Below, one piece after another: positions 20,627 to 31,190 of a stretch of DNA of 64,000 bases; positions within the stretch are counted from its first letter, which is position 1; every line of letters starts with the position of its first letter. Below the pieces are notes generated by a model. The model saw nothing but the letters and a program-made list of their open reading frames with translations. It did no database searches and was not told where the DNA came from. The stretch lies in NCBI GenBank assembly GCA_964460785.1, contig CAYWQB010000002.1:65364-129363 (forward strand), given 5' to 3'. A program made the position numbers and the translations under genes. This DNA comes from an uncultured bacterium (lineage in GTDB: Bacteria; Chlamydiota; Chlamydiia; Chlamydiales; CAYWQB01).

Positions 20627-22201
20627 ATGCAAGACTTAGAAAAGTTTCTTCAGAATACCCCTGCAGGCGAGCATTGGCAAAAGATTACACCTAAGCATCA
20701 CCATGGGATCAACCTCTCTTTACTTTCTGTCCACTCTGAGCAAAGTGAGGGTTGTGGAGATTTTTATGACCTCCTTTCCCTTATTGACTTCTGCAAATCC
20801 ATCGGGTTTAGCACCATCCAGCTCCTTCCTCTGTATGACAGTGGGCTAGACCCCAGTCCTTATAACGGGATTTCGGCCTTTGCCTTGAACCCCGTTTACT
20901 TAAGACTCTCCTCCCTTCCAAATATCCGCTCCTCTGCAAAACTACAGCAACAAATCCAAGAGCTGAGTGAATACAATAAAGCATCGAGAGTAGCCTACCA
21001 AAAAGTCCGCGAGCAAAAAATTGCCATTTTTAAAGAGTATATCCAGTCACAGCAACCTGAAGCATCGGCTCTCTACCAGCAGTTTTTAAAAGAAAATTCC
21101 TGGGTAATAAAGTATGCTCAATTTGCTGCACTCAAACAGCATTTCCAAGGAGATAGTTGGGAAAAGTGGCCTGCGGACGAGAGAATGATTGATCAAGCTC
21201 TGCGGGAGCTATCGCAAGAAATTGAAACGTACTCTCTCCTACAATACTTCTGTTACAAACAACTCAAAGAGGTTAAGCAACATGCGGATCGTCATGGGAT
21301 CCTGCTTATGGGAGATGTTCCTATTTTGCTTTCTAGAGATAGTAGTGATGTATGGGCAAACCCAGAGCTCTTTCTTCTTGATCGGTCTTGTGGCGCTCCT
21401 CCTGATATGTACAACCCTGATGGGCAAAACTGGGGGTTCCCTATCTATAACTGGGAAGCTCATGAAAAAACAGGATTTGCTTGGTGGACACAGAAGCTAC
21501 AGTTTGCAGAGAACTTCTTTCACCTATACCGCTTAGACCATGTTGTGGGCTTTTTCCGCTTCTGGAGCTACTCTGTAGAAACGCCCGACTTGCCAGCCTG
21601 CTTTCTTCCTAGAGAAAAAGCCGAGTGGCTGCCTCTTGGATCCAAACTACTTCAAATACTTCTTGAAAAAACCTCTATGCTTCCTATTGGGGAAGACCTT
21701 GGAAAAATCCCCAAGGGAGTAAGAGAAACACTGCAGCAGCTAGGGATTCCAGGAACAAGGGTATGCCGGTGGGAATATACGAATAAAGAGTTTATCGACC
21801 CTGCTTCCTACCCTCCTCTAACTCTTACAACGCTATCTACCCACGACTCTGAGACTTTGCGAACCTGGTGGGAGCGGATAGCTATTGACTCTAGGAAATG
21901 GGCCTACCAGTTCCATATCCCTTATAGTCGCTTTTTATCTCCTGAAACCATTGACCATCTACTCCTTCAAAGCCACCGAAGTAGTAGCCTGTTTCACATC
22001 AACTTACTCCAAGAGTATTTTTCTCTATTTCCTGAGCTTATTCATTCACTGGCATCGGAAGAGCGTATTAATACTCCTGGAACAATGAGTGAGAAAAACT
22101 GGACATATCGCATGAAGCCCTCTATTGAGACGTTCTGCACACATAACGACCTCAAAAAGGCGATGCAGCGCTATAGTCAAGCACCGTGTGCATCACCTTA
22201 A
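20627..22201 (+). CDS. malQ: 4-alpha-glucanotransferase (amylomaltase)
   Basis: GH77 pattern: GDFYDLLSLIDF, LLPLYDSG...SPYNGISAFALNP, YRLDHVVGFFRFW, GEDLGKIP, STHDSE. Confidence 0.9.
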   Translation: MQDLEKFLQNTPAGEHWQKITPKHHHGINLSLLSVHSEQSEGCGDFYDLLSLIDFCKSIGFSTIQLLPLYDSGLDPSPYNGISAFALNPVYLRLSSLPNIRSSAKLQQQIQELSEYNKASRVAYQKVREQKIAIFKEYIQSQQPEASALYQQFLKENSWVIKYAQFAALKQHFQGDSWEKWPADERMIDQALRELSQEIETYSLLQYFCYKQLKEVKQHADRHGILLMGDVPILLSRDSSDVWANPELFLLDRSCGAPPDMYNPDGQNWGFPIYNWEAHEKTGFAWWTQKLQFAENFFHLYRLDHVVGFFRFWSYSVETPDLPACFLPREKAEWLPLGSKLLQILLEKTSMLPIGEDLGKIPKGVRETLQQLGIPGTRVCRWEYTNKEFIDPASYPPLTLTTLSTHDSETLRTWWERIAIDSRKWAYQFHIPYSRFLSPETIDHLLLQSHRSSSLFHINLLQEYFSLFPELIHSLASEERINTPGTMSEKNWTYRMKPSIETFCTHNDLKKAMQRYSQAPCASP

Positions 22202-23354
22202 AAAAATCTGCAGCAAAATCTTTCGGTTTTCTCTCAAAGATTGGAAAGGACTCGGTTGAAGGAGGAGGTTTTCCTACATTATCGAGAATAGCTTGACGAA
22301 TCCCTCCAATATCAAGGGGCTTGACAGGGTGCAATCCATGCGGAGGTAAAGGCCCTTCTCTGCCATATTCCACGTATTCCTGCCAGCAGCCCCACTCCCC
22401 TACCACAGCACGAGCTCCTGCATGCCAGGCTTCAAAATGTACGAGCCCTGGGAGCTCATAGTAAGAGGGCAGTACGTGCAAGGCACAGTGAGTGAACGCA
22501 CTGTGAATCAACCCTGTATCCATCATTTGCTTACTTGCATGAATCAAATGGACTTTCCCTACACTAAGGGTTCTAACCATAGGGCTAACGAGATATACAT
22601 CAGCCTTACGACTGCGCTGGGCATATTTCAAAAACAGATCTTTATACTCTGTTTGGTTTGAGCCGCTTGCAAGAAAGACAAGAGGAATATCCACATCCTC
22701 TGTAGCGAGCAGTGTCAGGATATTATTTTTCCTAGACTCTAGACGCCCGACCTGTAAAAGGTAGGATTTTGATCCAAGGCCTGTCAGCTGTAAAAAAGCC
22801 TTTTCATCAAAGGATCTAGGATAAATTACCGGCCAGAATAGCTTGAAAGGGTTACTTTCCCAGAAGTCTTGGACAAAAAGGTTCTTTTCAAGGTTCGAGC
22901 TATGAATCGAGAGTTTGGCTCGGTTCATTGCAAATAGGTCTACAACTGCCAGTCTTGACTTTGGTAACCCTTGATGGGACCTCAATAGGTTCGGTTTCTC
23001 TTTGAGCAGCTCAATGATCCAGTTTCTAACGCCTATAGGTTGCTTTGATAAGAACTCCAGCAAGCCATGTATTCCTAATGAAAGGCAAAAAGGGGCAGTA
23101 TAATCCTCATAAAACGGGACCCATCCCCAGGGAATTTTTTGATGATCTAAAAATAGTGCTGATTCATAAAGCCTAGCATGTAGCCCACTGAGAAAAGCAA
23201 AATCCGCCTTTTCTTTTAATGCGAATACAGATGGCACAATAGAAATGCGCCAATCACCTCCTAGCTCTTGGACTCCAGACTGCAAAGCTTTTAAAACTTG
23301 AAGGTCCCCACCCCAACACCCAAGGGGGCGATCTAGAATAAATACTATATGCAT
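22152..23354 (-). CDS. glycosyltransferase, GT-B fold, family 4-like
   Basis: VGRLESRKN and HVLPSYYELPGLVHFEAWHAGARAVV resemble the GRL..KG / PS..E..G....EA.A.G.PVV signature of GT4 enzymes. The 3' end overlaps malQ by 50 nt. Confidence 0.65.
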   Translation of the reverse strand: MHIVFILDRPLGCWGGDLQVLKALQSGVQELGGDWRISIVPSVFALKEKADFAFLSGLHARLYESALFLDHQKIPWGWVPFYEDYTAPFCLSLGIHGLLEFLSKQPIGVRNWIIELLKEKPNLLRSHQGLPKSRLAVVDLFAMNRAKLSIHSSNLEKNLFVQDFWESNPFKLFWPVIYPRSFDEKAFLQLTGLGSKSYLLQVGRLESRKNNILTLLATEDVDIPLVFLASGSNQTEYKDLFLKYAQRSRKADVYLVSPMVRTLSVGKVHLIHASKQMMDTGLIHSAFTHCALHVLPSYYELPGLVHFEAWHAGARAVVGEWGCWQEYVEYGREGPLPPHGLHPVKPLDIGGIRQAILDNVGKPPPSTESFPIFERKPKDFAADFFKVMHTVLDYSAASPF

Positions 23355-23445
23355 ATAGGTATGCTATAATAAACGTCTTAAAACTCCAGCTCTTTTCTAA
23401 AAGTCATGATTGATTCAGAATTAGAAAAGTTACGAGAAGGAATTT

Positions 23446-24984
23446 ATGCTCTATCGCTATTTACTTTTACTTTTTTCCCTTAGCTCTTGTCTATTCTCTA
23501 GTCCAAAGGAAGATCGGCAAGCGCTCTTTTATCAGCTAGCTCCTAAAGACATAAGAAAAAATCTGGCTTTTTACCAGCTCTACCCTCATTCAAAAGAGGG
23601 TAAGGTCGCTTTCAGACGGGCCATGCAAGCTCTTTTTCCCCACCAAAAGGATTTAATCGATACTCTACTTACGTCTCTCAGTGCAGATGGGGTTAACTCT
23701 TTTGTCAACTTGATGTTTGCCAAAGGGAACCAATCTTTTGACCAAGAAACGCTTCATCTTGCTCAAAAAGTTTCTTCTTTATCAGGGCACCTTAAGAACC
23801 GTGTATTACCTGGTTATCAAGCAAAAAACCTCTCTGCAGTACTTTCTCTACCATCCGAAGAGGTTGACCTTGCTCGAGGGCTACTTCTTGATCAGTTTGA
23901 AGGCTCCCCTTCCATGTGGGAGACCATTTCTGTATATGAAGGAATTTTAGACCTCATGGCTTTACAGGTACTTGCCAGGCTACCGGACTCCCCATCTCCT
24001 GCCCAAAAGTTACAAGCGCTAAGCAATTTTATTTTTTATGAAATGGAGTATCGCTTCCCTCCTTACTCAGTCCATGCACAAGAGATCGATACTTATACCT
24101 TTCTTTCCTCTGTCATTGATCAACGACGCGGGGTTTGCCTTGGTGTTTCTATTCTATACCTTTGCCTCGCGCAGAGGATTGGCTTGACATTAGAGATCGT
24201 GACTCCTCCGGGGCACATCTATATACGTCTTCCTAGCCCTAGTGGCGTCACAAATGTTGAAACAACAGCTAGAGGTATTCATCTTCCCTCTGATAGCTAT
24301 TTAGGGATTAATACCCACAAGCTACAAACCCGAACAATCAAAGAGGTTATTGGGCTTGCTAGATTCAACCAAGCCTCTGTTTTTTGGCAGCAGAAGGACT
24401 ATGAAAAAGCCATCCAAGCGTATAAAAAGGCAGAACTCTACTTAGGGAAGGACCCCCTCTTACAAGAGTTCCTAGGGTATATGCTCTGCTTCTCAGGTAA
24501 TGAGCGTGAAGGTAAGCAATACTTAAAGTCTCTTCCCCCCTTACCAGATGCGATTTATCGAAGCCCAACAGCTCACCAACTGCTTTCTGGAGATATAGAC
24601 ATAGAGGCTGTTCAAGCTGCTTACTTAATGGTGGATGAGACAAGAGAATCTATTCTTTCCAAGCAAGAAGCTTTAAAAAAGCAACTTGAGCGATTTCCTC
24701 ACTTCCTTGAAGGATGGCTACATTTGGGAACGACCTATTTGCAACTGGGGCAATATAAAAATGCCCTAAAAGCCTTTGAAGAACACCACCGATTAGACTC
24801 TTCCAACCCTACTATTGAGTACTATTTAGCAGAACTTAAGCTACAAAGACTCGATTTAAAGGGTGCTTGGAAGCACTTCTTACAAGCAAAAAAGATAACA
24901 GAAGCATTTGGCCATTCCCCAAAGGGCTTAAAAGACCTCTTTTTACACCTGCAGACCTATGCAGCGATGCCTAGCGCAAAGTAG
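23446..24984 (+). CDS. lipoprotein with transglutaminase-like (SirB1/UPF0162-type) core and C-terminal TPR repeats
   Basis: Signal peptide with lipobox LFSLSSC. RRGVCLGVSILYLCLAQRIGLTLEIVTPPGHIYIRL matches the transglutaminase-like regulator pattern. TPR-like helices follow (WQQKDYEKAIQAYKKA, GQYKNALKAFEEH). Confidence 0.6.
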   Translation: MLYRYLLLLFSLSSCLFSSPKEDRQALFYQLAPKDIRKNLAFYQLYPHSKEGKVAFRRAMQALFPHQKDLIDTLLTSLSADGVNSFVNLMFAKGNQSFDQETLHLAQKVSSLSGHLKNRVLPGYQAKNLSAVLSLPSEEVDLARGLLLDQFEGSPSMWETISVYEGILDLMALQVLARLPDSPSPAQKLQALSNFIFYEMEYRFPPYSVHAQEIDTYTFLSSVIDQRRGVCLGVSILYLCLAQRIGLTLEIVTPPGHIYIRLPSPSGVTNVETTARGIHLPSDSYLGINTHKLQTRTIKEVIGLARFNQASVFWQQKDYEKAIQAYKKAELYLGKDPLLQEFLGYMLCFSGNEREGKQYLKSLPPLPDAIYRSPTAHQLLSGDIDIEAVQAAYLMVDETRESILSKQEALKKQLERFPHFLEGWLHLGTTYLQLGQYKNALKAFEEHHRLDSSNPTIEYYLAELKLQRLDLKGAWKHFLQAKKITEAFGHSPKGLKDLFLHLQTYAAMPSAK

Positions 24985-25867
24985 GATAGGAAAAAAGGAT
25001 AAAGTGGAATAAATTGACCATAATGTGAGGAATTGAACTCAAGTACACACTGCGAGTTCGAAGGTAGGTCCATCCATAAAATGCCCCTGCAATACACGCC
25101 AGCACCATATAGGTCCACCCTAACCGGTAGTGGTAAAGGGCAAACAACACAGTAGAAACCACAAATCCTATACGAAGACGTTCTTTCTTACTGACAAAGA
25201 AAAAACAACGCTCTGTGAAGTAGTCTAAAATAAACCCTCTAAAGAAAATCTCTTCCGCGAAGCAGACAAATAAGCTGTTTATTACAATCCAAACAACTGT
25301 AAAGTCCTTCCACTTGATATCCCACTCCACAAATTGCCAGTAGAAAGCAAGAGGATAAAGAACAAGACAAGCTAAGGCTCCCAGTCCTAAAGACAATAGG
25401 AAGCTCTTTTTCTTATTTTTTAGACCTGTATAAGGCAACAAGCCAAGGAAAATCAGAGCACAAACGAATGCCTTATCAAAATTATAGAAAAGGGTATAGG
25501 GATAGGATTTAGGGCTCACTTGCACTCCTCCTAGAAGGCGAAAGTTCCCATAGAAGGGAATCAAGTGCAAAACACCAACCCAAGAGACAACAAAAAAGCC
25601 ATATAACGCAGCAAGACGGATCAAGCGACTTTTATTATACTTAGCCCCCCATAAAAGCAGAGCAATTGCGACCATCCAGGCAGCTAAAAAAGGGCCTCCA
25701 AAGGCCCACCGACTCACTAGCATGAGAAGAGATGAGCTTCCTAATAGAGAAAAAAGCAGCTTTTTTTGACCTGGAAAAACGAGCATCCCCAGATAGGTTA
25801 AAACCATAAAAAGAAGGGACCATCCCTGTATCGGAGAGATGCGTATTTGATCAATAATCTCTAGCAA
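24971..25867 (-). CDS. CPBP (CAAX/Abi) family intramembrane metalloprotease
   Basis: Polytopic membrane protein with FAEEIFFRGF (EE..FRG), FALYH and HIMVNLFHF motifs. Confidence 0.8.
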   Translation of the reverse strand: MLEIIDQIRISPIQGWSLLFMVLTYLGMLVFPGQKKLLFSLLGSSSLLMLVSRWAFGGPFLAAWMVAIALLLWGAKYNKSRLIRLAALYGFFVVSWVGVLHLIPFYGNFRLLGGVQVSPKSYPYTLFYNFDKAFVCALIFLGLLPYTGLKNKKKSFLLSLGLGALACLVLYPLAFYWQFVEWDIKWKDFTVVWIVINSLFVCFAEEIFFRGFILDYFTERCFFFVSKKERLRIGFVVSTVLFALYHYRLGWTYMVLACIAGAFYGWTYLRTRSVYLSSIPHIMVNLFHFILFSYPTLR

Positions 25868-25882
25868 AAAAGCCCTCCTTCC

Positions 25883-26815
25883 TCAGGTGATCAATGCCAA
25901 CATGTAGGCAACATATCCCCCAAATAGAATTGAAGCACTGAGTCTACTGACGCTTTTTTTAACTTGCAAAAGGTAAAACAAGAAGAGAGTAAATCCTAGA
26001 AGAACAGGTAAGTCAATAGTCAAAAGCTTGTGGGAGAACTCAATAGGACGAATAAGAGAGGCCCCACCTACAATAAATGTTAAATTGAAGATATTGCTAC
26101 CAATGATGTTGCCTATAGCAATATCGGTTTCTTTACGCAAAGCCGCTACAAGGGAGGTGAACAGCTCTGGACTGGAGGTCCCTATAGCAACCACTGTCAC
26201 TCCAATGACTCTTTCTGAAATACCAAGAAACCTTGCTAAATCAGAACTTCCATCAACGAGTAGGTACCCCCCCAATAAAAGCAGTACCACACCGATGCCC
26301 AGTTTCACAGCTCCAAATGAGCTCACTGACAAATCCTCTGTATTCCCCTCTACTTCCAGTGGGCGATTTTTAGCCAAATACATTTGAAAGAGAATATAAC
26401 CAACAAAAAAGCCGAGTAAAACAGCTCCTGCAATAGCTGTCACAGCCCCAAATAACATCACAACAAGAAAAGCAAGAGTGGCAAGCAAGCAAAGCCAGCT
26501 CTCTCTTCTCTTTATAGACCCACTAATAGGCAAGGGACAAACTAGACTACAAAGCCCAAGTATAAGGCCGATGTTCGCAATATTCGACCCAAGGGCATTT
26601 CCCAAACACAAGTCTCCTCTGCCTCCAAATAGCTGGGCAAAAAAGCTTGTGATAGCCTCTGGTAAAGAGGTTGCCACTGAAACCACTGTCACACCAAAAA
26701 TTAAAGGGTGGATGCGGAATTTTGTTGCCAGGTGAGAAGCTCCCACAACAATAAGTTCGGCTCCTACATACAAAAGTAGGATCCCTATTACAATGAAACA
26801 GATAGCTAGGGTCAT
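25883..26815 (-). CDS. Ca2+/Na+ antiporter, CaCA (YrbG) family
   Basis: Two alpha-repeats, GNALGSNIANIGLILG and GNIIGSNIFNLTFIVG. About 10 TM, 310 aa. Confidence 0.85.
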   Translation of the reverse strand: MTLAICFIVIGILLLYVGAELIVVGASHLATKFRIHPLIFGVTVVSVATSLPEAITSFFAQLFGGRGDLCLGNALGSNIANIGLILGLCSLVCPLPISGSIKRRESWLCLLATLAFLVVMLFGAVTAIAGAVLLGFFVGYILFQMYLAKNRPLEVEGNTEDLSVSSFGAVKLGIGVVLLLLGGYLLVDGSSDLARFLGISERVIGVTVVAIGTSSPELFTSLVAALRKETDIAIGNIIGSNIFNLTFIVGGASLIRPIEFSHKLLTIDLPVLLGFTLFLFYLLQVKKSVSRLSASILFGGYVAYMLALIT

Positions 26816-26880
26816 AGCGCTTTAAAAAAATATTAAACAACAATAGAGTCTTTCATAATCAACTAGGAGGAAAAGTTGAA

Positions 26881-28080
26881 GTGAAAAAGATCTCTCTTCT
26901 TGCAAGCCTTCTCATAAGCCTTTCCCTACAAGGGACGGAGCTTTCAGAGATTTTTTCCAGCGAGCAAATGAAAAAGCTTGGTTTAGAAAAGCTCTCTAAA
27001 GAGGAGCAAAGCGATCTCCTCCAGTGGATTGAGTCAGAAAAGCAATCAAAAAACTCCCCAGAACCTACCCCACAATCGCTCCCTCAAACGATCCGTAGTG
27101 TCAACTCTCAGACAGGACAGCTCCACCTTCTCGATGCCTCCATATGGGAGGTCTCTAAAGAGGATCTTGACACAGTCACTTATTGGTACCCTGGGCAAAA
27201 AGTCTATATTTCTCCAAGCCAAAACGGAGAATATCCTTTTCTCCTTCTCAATCATCAAAATAGACAAACAGTTGCTGCAGTGAAGATAGAGGGGTCCATT
27301 GACCAAAGGCAACCACAACTCTCCCCTAGTCTCTCCTTACACTTCCCTATTGAGCAAGCAACAATCATCAAAGTGAATGAAGAAAAGGGCTCATTTTTAC
27401 TTAGCAACCAAACCTCTTGGTTAATTGCTCCGTTAGACCGAGAAATTTTCTCTCATTTATCTCCTCAACAAGCCATCCAGTTTCAAAAGAGTGATCGACG
27501 CAGCTACCCTTTCACCTTTAAACTTGAAGAAAGCGGCCAAACCTTTATGGCAAAACGAATCGCCTCTTCTCCCGTCGAATCAAAATCCCTGCATAATACA
27601 GAAAATTTTAAGAAGATTTCTGACATGGAGAATTTTGGAGAGATCATCATCTTAGATGATACAAGCAGACTAACCATTGCTAATTCAGACCTAGACATCA
27701 CCTACAACTGGAAGGAAGGCGACCAAATAGAAACAAGGTTTAGTGAACGCTCCGATTACCCTATAGAAATCATTAACCGGACAAGAGATCAGTCTGCTAA
27801 AGCTCGTTTGATCCGAGCTGAGGAAAGGGAGCAAATCACCTCATCTTCTCCTTTACAAGATCCTACTGTTGAGACAGTTCAATCTCATGGCCGCTATTTA
27901 TATACCGATCATGGCGAGCTATATGAAGTTGCCCCCATTGACCGGGGACGTGTTGATTTTTGGATTCCCCAACAACGAATCACTGTGGATGAAGGTTTTC
28001 AGGCTGACAATCGCTACCCGATCAAAGTTACCAACCTCAATCGTAAAGAGTCTGCTCGAGTAAGGAAGGTAGAGCCTTGA
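26881..28080 (+). CDS. secreted hypothetical protein with four internal ~75-aa repeats
   Basis: GTG start preceded by AGGAGG. Signal peptide KKISLLASLLISLSLQG. Each repeat ends in (E/S/D/R)YP(F/I)...N...(Q/E)(T/S)..A(K/R). Confidence 0.6.
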   Translation: MKKISLLASLLISLSLQGTELSEIFSSEQMKKLGLEKLSKEEQSDLLQWIESEKQSKNSPEPTPQSLPQTIRSVNSQTGQLHLLDASIWEVSKEDLDTVTYWYPGQKVYISPSQNGEYPFLLLNHQNRQTVAAVKIEGSIDQRQPQLSPSLSLHFPIEQATIIKVNEEKGSFLLSNQTSWLIAPLDREIFSHLSPQQAIQFQKSDRRSYPFTFKLEESGQTFMAKRIASSPVESKSLHNTENFKKISDMENFGEIIILDDTSRLTIANSDLDITYNWKEGDQIETRFSERSDYPIEIINRTRDQSAKARLIRAEEREQITSSSPLQDPTVETVQSHGRYLYTDHGELYEVAPIDRGRVDFWIPQQRITVDEGFQADNRYPIKVTNLNRKESARVRKVEP

Positions 28081-28175
28081 AACAAATGACTCTCTTTGCT
28101 CCAAGCCACCTGTCGAGTTATTGACCATATTCTCCACTAGGAGATAAAATACCTTCTTAAAAACAGGAGGTTGGT

Positions 28176-30779
28176 ATGCAATATGCGTTTACAGAGCCAG
28201 TTGCTCAAGCTTTTCAAAAAGGTATCCAGCAAGCTTCATTGCAAAAACATACCATAATCACAGAAAACCATCTCATGTGGGGGCTTGTACAGGAGTCTAA
28301 GGGTTATTTCTGTTCTCTTTTGCAAGGGCTTGGCATCAACCACCAACTTCTTGCGTCTGACCTCTCAAAAAGCCTTAAGCAAGTGAGCACATTCAGCGGA
28401 ACTCCAGGGCAGCCCTCGCCTTCTTCTGGACTGGACCAGTGGCTCCGCCAGTCTTTTCAAATTGCTCAAGAATGGGGTGATGAGTACATCAGTGCAGACC
28501 ACCTACTTCTTGCTCTTTTTGAGCACCCTGTTTCTCCTTTTGAGGAGCACCGCAAACAAGCGGCTTTAACCAAAGCAAAAGCTTTGGAAACAGTAAAGAA
28601 CATCCGAGGAAGTAAAAAAATGTCTAGTCCTACTGCAGAAAGCCAACTCCAGAGCTTGGAAAAGTATGCTAAAAACCTTACTTCTCTTGCAAAGGAAGGA
28701 AAAATTGATCCCGTCATTGGCCGTGATGATGAAATTCGCCGTGTGATTCAAGTATTGAGCCGCAGAACAAAAAACAACCCCATGTTAGTTGGAGACCCAG
28801 GCGTAGGGAAAACAGCCATTGCAGAAGGACTCGCGCAGAGAATTATCCAAAAGGATGTACCAGAGGCTCTCCATGATAAAGAGCTTGTGGCTCTTGATAT
28901 GGGGTCTCTTGTAGCTGGAACTAAGTACCGTGGAGAGTTTGAAGAGCGCTTGAAAGGCCTTTTAGAAGACATTGAGCAAGGAGAGGGAAAGTATATTCTC
29001 TTTATTGATGAAGTTCATACCTTAGTGGGCGCTGGCGCTACCGATGGTGCGATGGATGCAGCCAACCTCCTTAAGCCCTCACTAGCGAGAGGAACGTTAC
29101 ACTGTATTGGGGCCACGACACTCAATGAGTACAAAAAGTATATAGAGAAAGATGCAGCTCTTGAAAGGCGCTTCCAACTTGTGCGCGTTGAAGAGCCCTC
29201 TTTAGAGGATGCGATTACTATCTTAAGAGGTCTTCGTGAACGATATGAAAACTTCCATGGGGTACGCATCACAGAAAAAGCAATCCAAGCAGCAGCGACT
29301 CTTTCTCAAAGATATATTACAGATAGACAGCTTCCTGATAAAGCGATCGATCTCATTGATGAGGCTGCAAGTCTAATCCGCATGCAAATTGGTTCTCGCC
29401 CTATTCCTATCGACCGTTTAGAGAGAAAGCTTTCCTCGATGATTGTGAAGCAAGAAGCGCTTAAAAAAGAGGGCTCGGAATCTAGCAAAGTGGAACTAGA
29501 CAAGCTAGAGAAAGAGATAGCTTCGATTAAAGAAGAACTCAACGCTCTAAAAAACCGCTGGGAGCAGGAAAAAAGCTCTTTACAAGAGATCCGTAGCCTC
29601 AAGGAAAAGCTTGAACAACTCCGCTTTGAAGAAGAAGAGGCGGAAAGGAAAGCAGACTACAACCATGTTGCAGAAATCCGCTACAGCCAGCGCCCTGAAA
29701 TAGAACGAGAGCTTGCAAGCCGAGAAGAGACCCTAAAGTCCAATGAGGAACGTCTCCTTCAAGAAGAAGTTGATGAAGAGCTCATTGCTCAAATTGTATC
29801 TAAGTGGACGCGCATTCCTGTACAAAAAATGCTACAAACAGAAGCTGACAAACTGTTACAGCTTGAGCAGCACCTAGAAAAACGCGTTGTTGGTCAACCT
29901 CTTGCTGTTAGTGCAGTATCTGAAGCAATCCGCCGCTCAAGGGCTGGTCTTCAAGAGCCTCAGCGTCCATTAGGAGTCTTCCTATTTGTGGGGCCTACAG
30001 GTGTCGGGAAAACAGAGCTAACCAAAGCTTTAAGCACAGAGCTTTTTGATCGTGAAGAGGCCATCATCCGGTTTGACATGTCAGAGTATATGGAAAAGCA
30101 TAGTGTAGCAAGGCTGATTGGAGCGCCTCCGGGGTATGTTGGCTATGATGAAGGGGGGCAATTAACCGACCGCCTACGTCAGGCGCCTTACTCTCTTGTT
30201 CTTTTTGATGAGATAGAAAAAGCGCACCCTGATGTTTTCAATGTCCTATTACAAATCTTTGATGATGGCAGAATCACAGATGGTAAGGGACGAGTTGTTA
30301 ACTGTAAAAATGCCCTATTCGTTATGACCTCAAATCTAGGTGCTGAAAAGCTCCTAGAGACAATTGAACAAGGACAAGAGCTTTCCAATCAAGAAGTGAT
30401 GGCAACGGTAGAACCAATTCTCCGTAACCATTTCCGGCCTGAGTTCTTAAACCGTTTAGATGAGGTCCTCCCCTTCTTACCCTTAAGACAAGAAGAGATG
30501 GGTCGCATTGTCAATATTCAGCTTAATCGCGTAGGAAAAAGGCTTGCTTCTCGCAATATTGAGCTTTCCTGGGATGAGGCAGTTGTGAATCACCTTGCCA
30601 CCAAAGGATATGAGCCTGCATTTGGAGCTCGACCACTAAAAAGACTCATTGAAAAAGAAGTGGTTAATATGCTTTCAAAAAACCTTCTTGAGGGGTTTGT
30701 GACTCCAAATGCGAAGCTTCACTTGGTGCTTGAAGGAGGAGGTGTCATCGCGTTCACTCTCACGCCGAAAGACGCTTAA
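28176..30779 (+). CDS. clpB: ATP-dependent chaperone ClpB
   Basis: Two AAA+ modules ([29 protein letters not shown]) separated by a long coiled-coil M domain. 867 aa. Confidence 0.97.
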   Translation: MQYAFTEPVAQAFQKGIQQASLQKHTIITENHLMWGLVQESKGYFCSLLQGLGINHQLLASDLSKSLKQVSTFSGTPGQPSPSSGLDQWLRQSFQIAQEWGDEYISADHLLLALFEHPVSPFEEHRKQAALTKAKALETVKNIRGSKKMSSPTAESQLQSLEKYAKNLTSLAKEGKIDPVIGRDDEIRRVIQVLSRRTKNNPMLVGDPGVGKTAIAEGLAQRIIQKDVPEALHDKELVALDMGSLVAGTKYRGEFEERLKGLLEDIEQGEGKYILFIDEVHTLVGAGATDGAMDAANLLKPSLARGTLHCIGATTLNEYKKYIEKDAALERRFQLVRVEEPSLEDAITILRGLRERYENFHGVRITEKAIQAAATLSQRYITDRQLPDKAIDLIDEAASLIRMQIGSRPIPIDRLERKLSSMIVKQEALKKEGSESSKVELDKLEKEIASIKEELNALKNRWEQEKSSLQEIRSLKEKLEQLRFEEEEAERKADYNHVAEIRYSQRPEIERELASREETLKSNEERLLQEEVDEELIAQIVSKWTRIPVQKMLQTEADKLLQLEQHLEKRVVGQPLAVSAVSEAIRRSRAGLQEPQRPLGVFLFVGPTGVGKTELTKALSTELFDREEAIIRFDMSEYMEKHSVARLIGAPPGYVGYDEGGQLTDRLRQAPYSLVLFDEIEKAHPDVFNVLLQIFDDGRITDGKGRVVNCKNALFVMTSNLGAEKLLETIEQGQELSNQEVMATVEPILRNHFRPEFLNRLDEVLPFLPLRQEEMGRIVNIQLNRVGKRLASRNIELSWDEAVVNHLATKGYEPAFGARPLKRLIEKEVVNMLSKNLLEGFVTPNAKLHLVLEGGGVIAFTLTPKDA

Positions 30780-31176
30780 CTTTATCGATCAGCTCATCTA
30801 GGATAATTCCTTCCTTCTGAAATTCATCGGAGAAAACACCGAAGTAAGCAAGAAGGAAGGAAAGTCCCATATAAGGACTAAATGTTGCTAGCAAACAGCC
30901 TAAAAAAGAGATTGAGGTAAGATGCAAACTTTTTGTGTAGTGCGCTTGCTTTTTCTTTGCTAAAAAGCACTTTCTACTTCGAGACCAGCCAACCAGGGTC
31001 CAGCCAGCTAAAGCTCCGCAAACCCAGAAGAACCACATCATACAAAAGCAAACAGCAAATAAGAAAGCAAATCGAAGCCCCATAGAGCGCCAAAATGAAG
31101 GCCTAGAGACTTCCTCTCCTACCTCTTCTTCTTCATTTTGTTCATTCTCATCTGTGTATAAACGATAGATCGCCAT
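30760..31176 (-). CDS. small membrane protein with acidic N-terminus and paired hydrophobic segments
   Basis: 138 aa: NEQNEEEEVGEE, then FAFLFAVCFCMMWFFWVCGALAGWTLVGW, then a second hydrophobic segment. The 3' end overlaps clpB by 20 nt. Confidence 0.5.
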   Translation of the reverse strand: MAIYRLYTDENEQNEEEEVGEEVSRPSFWRSMGLRFAFLFAVCFCMMWFFWVCGALAGWTLVGWSRSRKCFLAKKKQAHYTKSLHLTSISFLGCLLATFSPYMGLSFLLAYFGVFSDEFQKEGIILDELIDKVKRLSA

Positions 31177-31190
31177 GCGCTTTTCCCCTC

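Noticed and set aside
23406-23483. 25-codon ORF (MIDSELEKLREGIYALSLFTFTFFP) overlapping the start of the lipoprotein gene
   Set aside because: It is too short, has no SD, and overlaps the better-supported ATG at 23446 that yields a signal peptide with a lipobox.
28081-28175. Looked for a CIRCE/HrcA operator (TTAGCACTC-N9-GAGTGCTAA) upstream of clpB
   Set aside because: No inverted repeat of that type is present. Only AGGAGG and an ordinary AT-rich leader are seen.
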